The position numbers and the translations under genes are program-made. DNA of 64,000 nt, from assembly GCF_030931715.1 (NCBI RefSeq), contig NZ_CP133261.1:1960643-2024642 (forward strand), in the 5' to 3' direction. The stretch comes from Tissierella sp. MB52-C2. Lineage in GTDB: Bacteria; Bacillota; Clostridia; Tissierellales; Tissierellaceae. The notes under the pieces are model-generated. The model was not told the DNA's origin. It did not search any database and saw only the letters and a list, made by a program, of their open reading frames with translations. Positions 61,471 to 64,000 of this stretch are shown here, in pieces; position 1 is the first letter of the stretch; each line of letters starts with the position of its first letter.

Positions 61471-62496
61471 TTATATTTTCAAGTCCCATGATAATCCTTT
61501 ATCTATTGAAATATATTTTATGCTCTTATTAGAGTTACTCCATGAAGGGCTCCCCAATATCAACTCAATTTCTTCTCCGTTTTGCCTAATATCTTGAACG
61601 TAGAGCATATCCTTGTTCTCTTCTGACAAATCAATTAAAACATCCTTCCACGTTACTCCACCATCATTAGTCATAAAAAGTGATAATCCTTCACTTGATC
61701 CAAAATTAATAAAACCAAGTTCTTTATTTAAAAAGTGTCCATAATAAATCTCACTATTTGTAGGAAATCGATAAATTATTTCCCAGGATAAACTGTCATT
61801 ATTAGATTGTACAAATGCGTAGGAGTATTGATGACCAGCACGATCTATAAGATAAAATCCATAATTTAAATTATCATCGACTTTTTGAATGTATTCTACA
61901 TCTATTGGAAGTATTTCTTTTTCTTCATCTTCGATATCATTATCTGTATCTTCCTCTATTGTGTTTGGTATATAATTTGACTCTTTTTTCCTATCTATTT
62001 TAAGTTCCATATAATCTTCCCATTTAACTTCTCCTGAATATTTAATATCTTTGCCATAAACAAATAGGTTTTTATATGGATGATAATTGTAAAAATGATC
62101 TGGAGTCATCCATCCAGTATCTCTAATTAAGTATTTTTCTCCTTTATAAGTTTCTACTCCTACCTCTTTATAGCCCATACTAATAATTAAGATACAAAAA
62201 AGAAGAGCATATAAATTAACTAAAAGTATTAATACAATAGCTATTATTTGAATGACGCCATTCCAAATCTTAAGGATAGGTAATCTTTTTTCAAATATAT
62301 TATTTAAATTAATTAAGATAGTAACTTCTATAACTAATATACAAAAGATAGAAATGATTATTACCAATGCCCATATCCAATCCCTAAATAATAAGCTAAA
62401 ATATCTTTCAAGAAAATACCTCTCTGTAATATACATAAGAGAAACTATTAAAATTATAGCAAAAGAATTTCTTATCAATTTCATTTTACTCTTCAA
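61471..62496 (-). CDS. Membrane-anchored protein with BNR/Asp-box repeats.
   Basis: N-terminal TM helices. Asp-boxes TNDGGVTW and SIDKGLSW in the C-terminal domain. Confidence 0.5.
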   Translation of the reverse strand: MKSKMKLIRNSFAIILIVSLMYITERYFLERYFSLLFRDWIWALVIIISIFCILVIEVTILINLNNIFEKRLPILKIWNGVIQIIAIVLILLVNLYALLFCILIISMGYKEVGVETYKGEKYLIRDTGWMTPDHFYNYHPYKNLFVYGKDIKYSGEVKWEDYMELKIDRKKESNYIPNTIEEDTDNDIEDEEKEILPIDVEYIQKVDDNLNYGFYLIDRAGHQYSYAFVQSNNDSLSWEIIYRFPTNSEIYYGHFLNKELGFINFGSSEGLSLFMTNDGGVTWKDVLIDLSEENKDMLYVQDIRQNGEEIELILGSPSWSNSNKSIKYISIDKGLSWDLKI

Positions 62497-63027
62497 AAAT
62501 ACATCTCCTTTTAATATAATTTGGTTTCATATTTTTACACCGAAACGACACTTAAATACTATAAATAGTATACTATCAGTAGATATATATATTATAAATT
62601 ATGTTCATCTCTTCTGCAGTCAGAATTCAACTTATTGAACATTATAGGTTTATTCTCTATTTTTATCTTCTAAATACTTTTTAATTCCTTCTACATATCC
62701 TATAATCCTTGGGCTTACTGTGTATTCACCTTATACATGGCTGCCCCCATTAGAGTCAATATATTCACTTCTACATTTTTTAAACTTTTCGCTATGAATA
62801 TGAAGAATAGAAAATACACTTATTGATATTAGCAATATTAGTAAAAAAATAGATACTTTATTTTTTTCATAGTTATAAATAATCTTATTGTACGTAAACC
62901 CACAAATGCTACAAAAATATATTTATTAAATTGAAATACTGCTAGTTTATCCTTGTAAGATTTATGTTTCAATAAAAACCTTATATAAGTATCTTTATTA
63001 TTTATTAGCTTCAAACTTACATTACTT

Positions 63028-63504
63028 CTAAAAATCACTTTTCAGTATATCATTAACTAATACTGAAATCTCTTTCTTATTTCCTCTTCTTATAATTTGT
63101 TCCAATATGGATAAATCATTTGAGTCTATTTTAAAAACTCCAACAAAAGGTTGATCTATGTACAAATCACCATTTTCTTCATAAATTGATCTAAAACTCT
63201 TATTACCTGATGATTTAAACTTGTATAGGACAGTAGTAAATTTTGTTTTTCTAGGAATTTGTGAAATACTTTGTTTATTTGTCATTTTAGCATTCTTAAA
63301 TATATCTAAAAAATTATTTATATCTACTTGTTGATTAATGGTAATTTTTTGGGTACCCTCTTCACCAATAACATCAATCAATATAATACTACTTAATTCT
63401 TCAGGATTAGGACTTTTTAAATATCTATTATTTCTACTTATGATTAAAATCAAGGTCATAGCAATAATACTGAATATGGTAATCTCTTTTATTAGCCTAT
63501 TCAT
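63028..63504 (-). CDS. Hypothetical protein with an N-terminal TM anchor.
   Basis: ORF only. Confidence 0.35.
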   Translation of the reverse strand: MNRLIKEITIFSIIAMTLILIISRNNRYLKSPNPEELSSIILIDVIGEEGTQKITINQQVDINNFLDIFKNAKMTNKQSISQIPRKTKFTTVLYKFKSSGNKSFRSIYEENGDLYIDQPFVGVFKIDSNDLSILEQIIRRGNKKEISVLVNDILKSDF

Positions 63505-63525
63505 AGTATCTACTCCTATAAAAAC

Positions 63526-63765
63526 CTATTGTTTCCTTATTTTATTTATAACTTTAAGTAATAACATAATTATAAGTGAAAGTCCACTTACTCCAATTGC
63601 AAAGTAAGACAATATGATGATTGGTACAAATAACATAAGTCCACAGTAATCCGGAAAAATATATGTATCAGTTATATAAAATAATAGTGAAATAAATAGA
63701 TTTAATAATAAAACGTAGGTAGTTATTTTAAAACTTTCCTTTGAAATAATCAATGTTTTAATCAC
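63526..63765 (-). CDS. Small hypothetical membrane protein.
   Basis: ORF plus two hydrophobic helices. Confidence 0.3.
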   Translation of the reverse strand: MIKTLIISKESFKITTYVLLLNLFISLLFYITDTYIFPDYCGLMLFVPIIILSYFAIGVSGLSLIIMLLLKVINKIRKQ

Positions 63766-64000
63766 TCCTTCTATATCCTTTTAAAGTTAATCTTCCATAT
63801 ATTCTAATATATCACCAGGTTGACAGTCTAAGTCCTTATAATCCTCCATTGTAAATAGTGGATTTCTACTAATTAAACTAAATAACCTAAATGTATGAAA
63901 CATCCCCAAATAAAAGGATATGATTGTTATATGTAGTCCATAAAGCATAAAGAAGAAAAATAAGTACTCCTACTAACCTAATGGATATTTCAAAAACTTA

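Noticed and set aside
62838-63038. 66-aa minus-strand ORF overlapping the end of 63028-63504.
   Set aside because: It has AT-rich low-complexity composition and no clear RBS. It is possibly a frameshifted tail or noise, and was left unannotated.
63770-64000. Possible short minus-strand ORF (MEDYKDLDCQPGDILEYMED) at the window edge.
   Set aside because: It is only 20 codons with weak context. It cannot be distinguished from noise.

Overview
This 64 kb window is chromosomal DNA from a low-GC, spore-forming anaerobe of the Firmicutes/Clostridia type. Coding density is high, most genes are on the minus strand, and I see no rRNA, tRNA, CRISPR array or obvious mobile element. All calls are by eye from the sequence: motifs, domain architecture and recognisable family similarity. 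No searches were run.

Features I can support:
- **Housekeeping genes.** The 3' part of alaS, an iscR-nifS-nifU Fe-S cluster operon, leuS with a T-box leader, glpK and an SDR-type L-threonine dehydrogenase.
- **Sporulation-linked genes.** These are splB, a second SPL-family radical SAM paralog, a CwlD-like amidase, a Cys-rich protein, and two unannotated about 40-aa YjcZ-like tiny membrane ORFs. Each tiny ORF sits behind a near-identical AC-N17-CATAnnnTA promoter of the sigma-K type.
- **A four-gene glycan cassette (8.4-12.7 kb).** It runs GT2 / PP-loop protein / GT2 paralog / UDP-HexNAc dehydrogenase, next to a BNR Asp-box protein.
- **A methionine-salvage trio.** A class II aldolase, mtnA and mtnP sit together with a methionine gamma-lyase-family gene.
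- **Two TCS + ABC modules** of the peptide-antibiotic sensing type.
- **A pspA-ydjG-ydjH-ydjI envelope-stress module.** Its TPM-domain gene carries a 30-bp tandem repeat.
- **A duplicated lipoprotein gene** flanking a membrane-protein gene; the second copy is decayed.
- **A sigma-54 unit.** A sigma-54 activator is divergent from an operon of SDR, glycine-dehydrogenase-like P-protein subunits (gcvPA, gcvPB) and a NadK-like protein. A good -24/-12 promoter precedes the SDR gene. An NhaC antiporter and an ornithine-racemase-like fold-III PLP gene lie next to it.

The most novel-looking candidates are the sigma-54-controlled P-protein operon, the amidotransferase-containing glycan cassette in a sporulation neighbourhood, and the paired sigma-K/YjcZ-like micro-ORFs.
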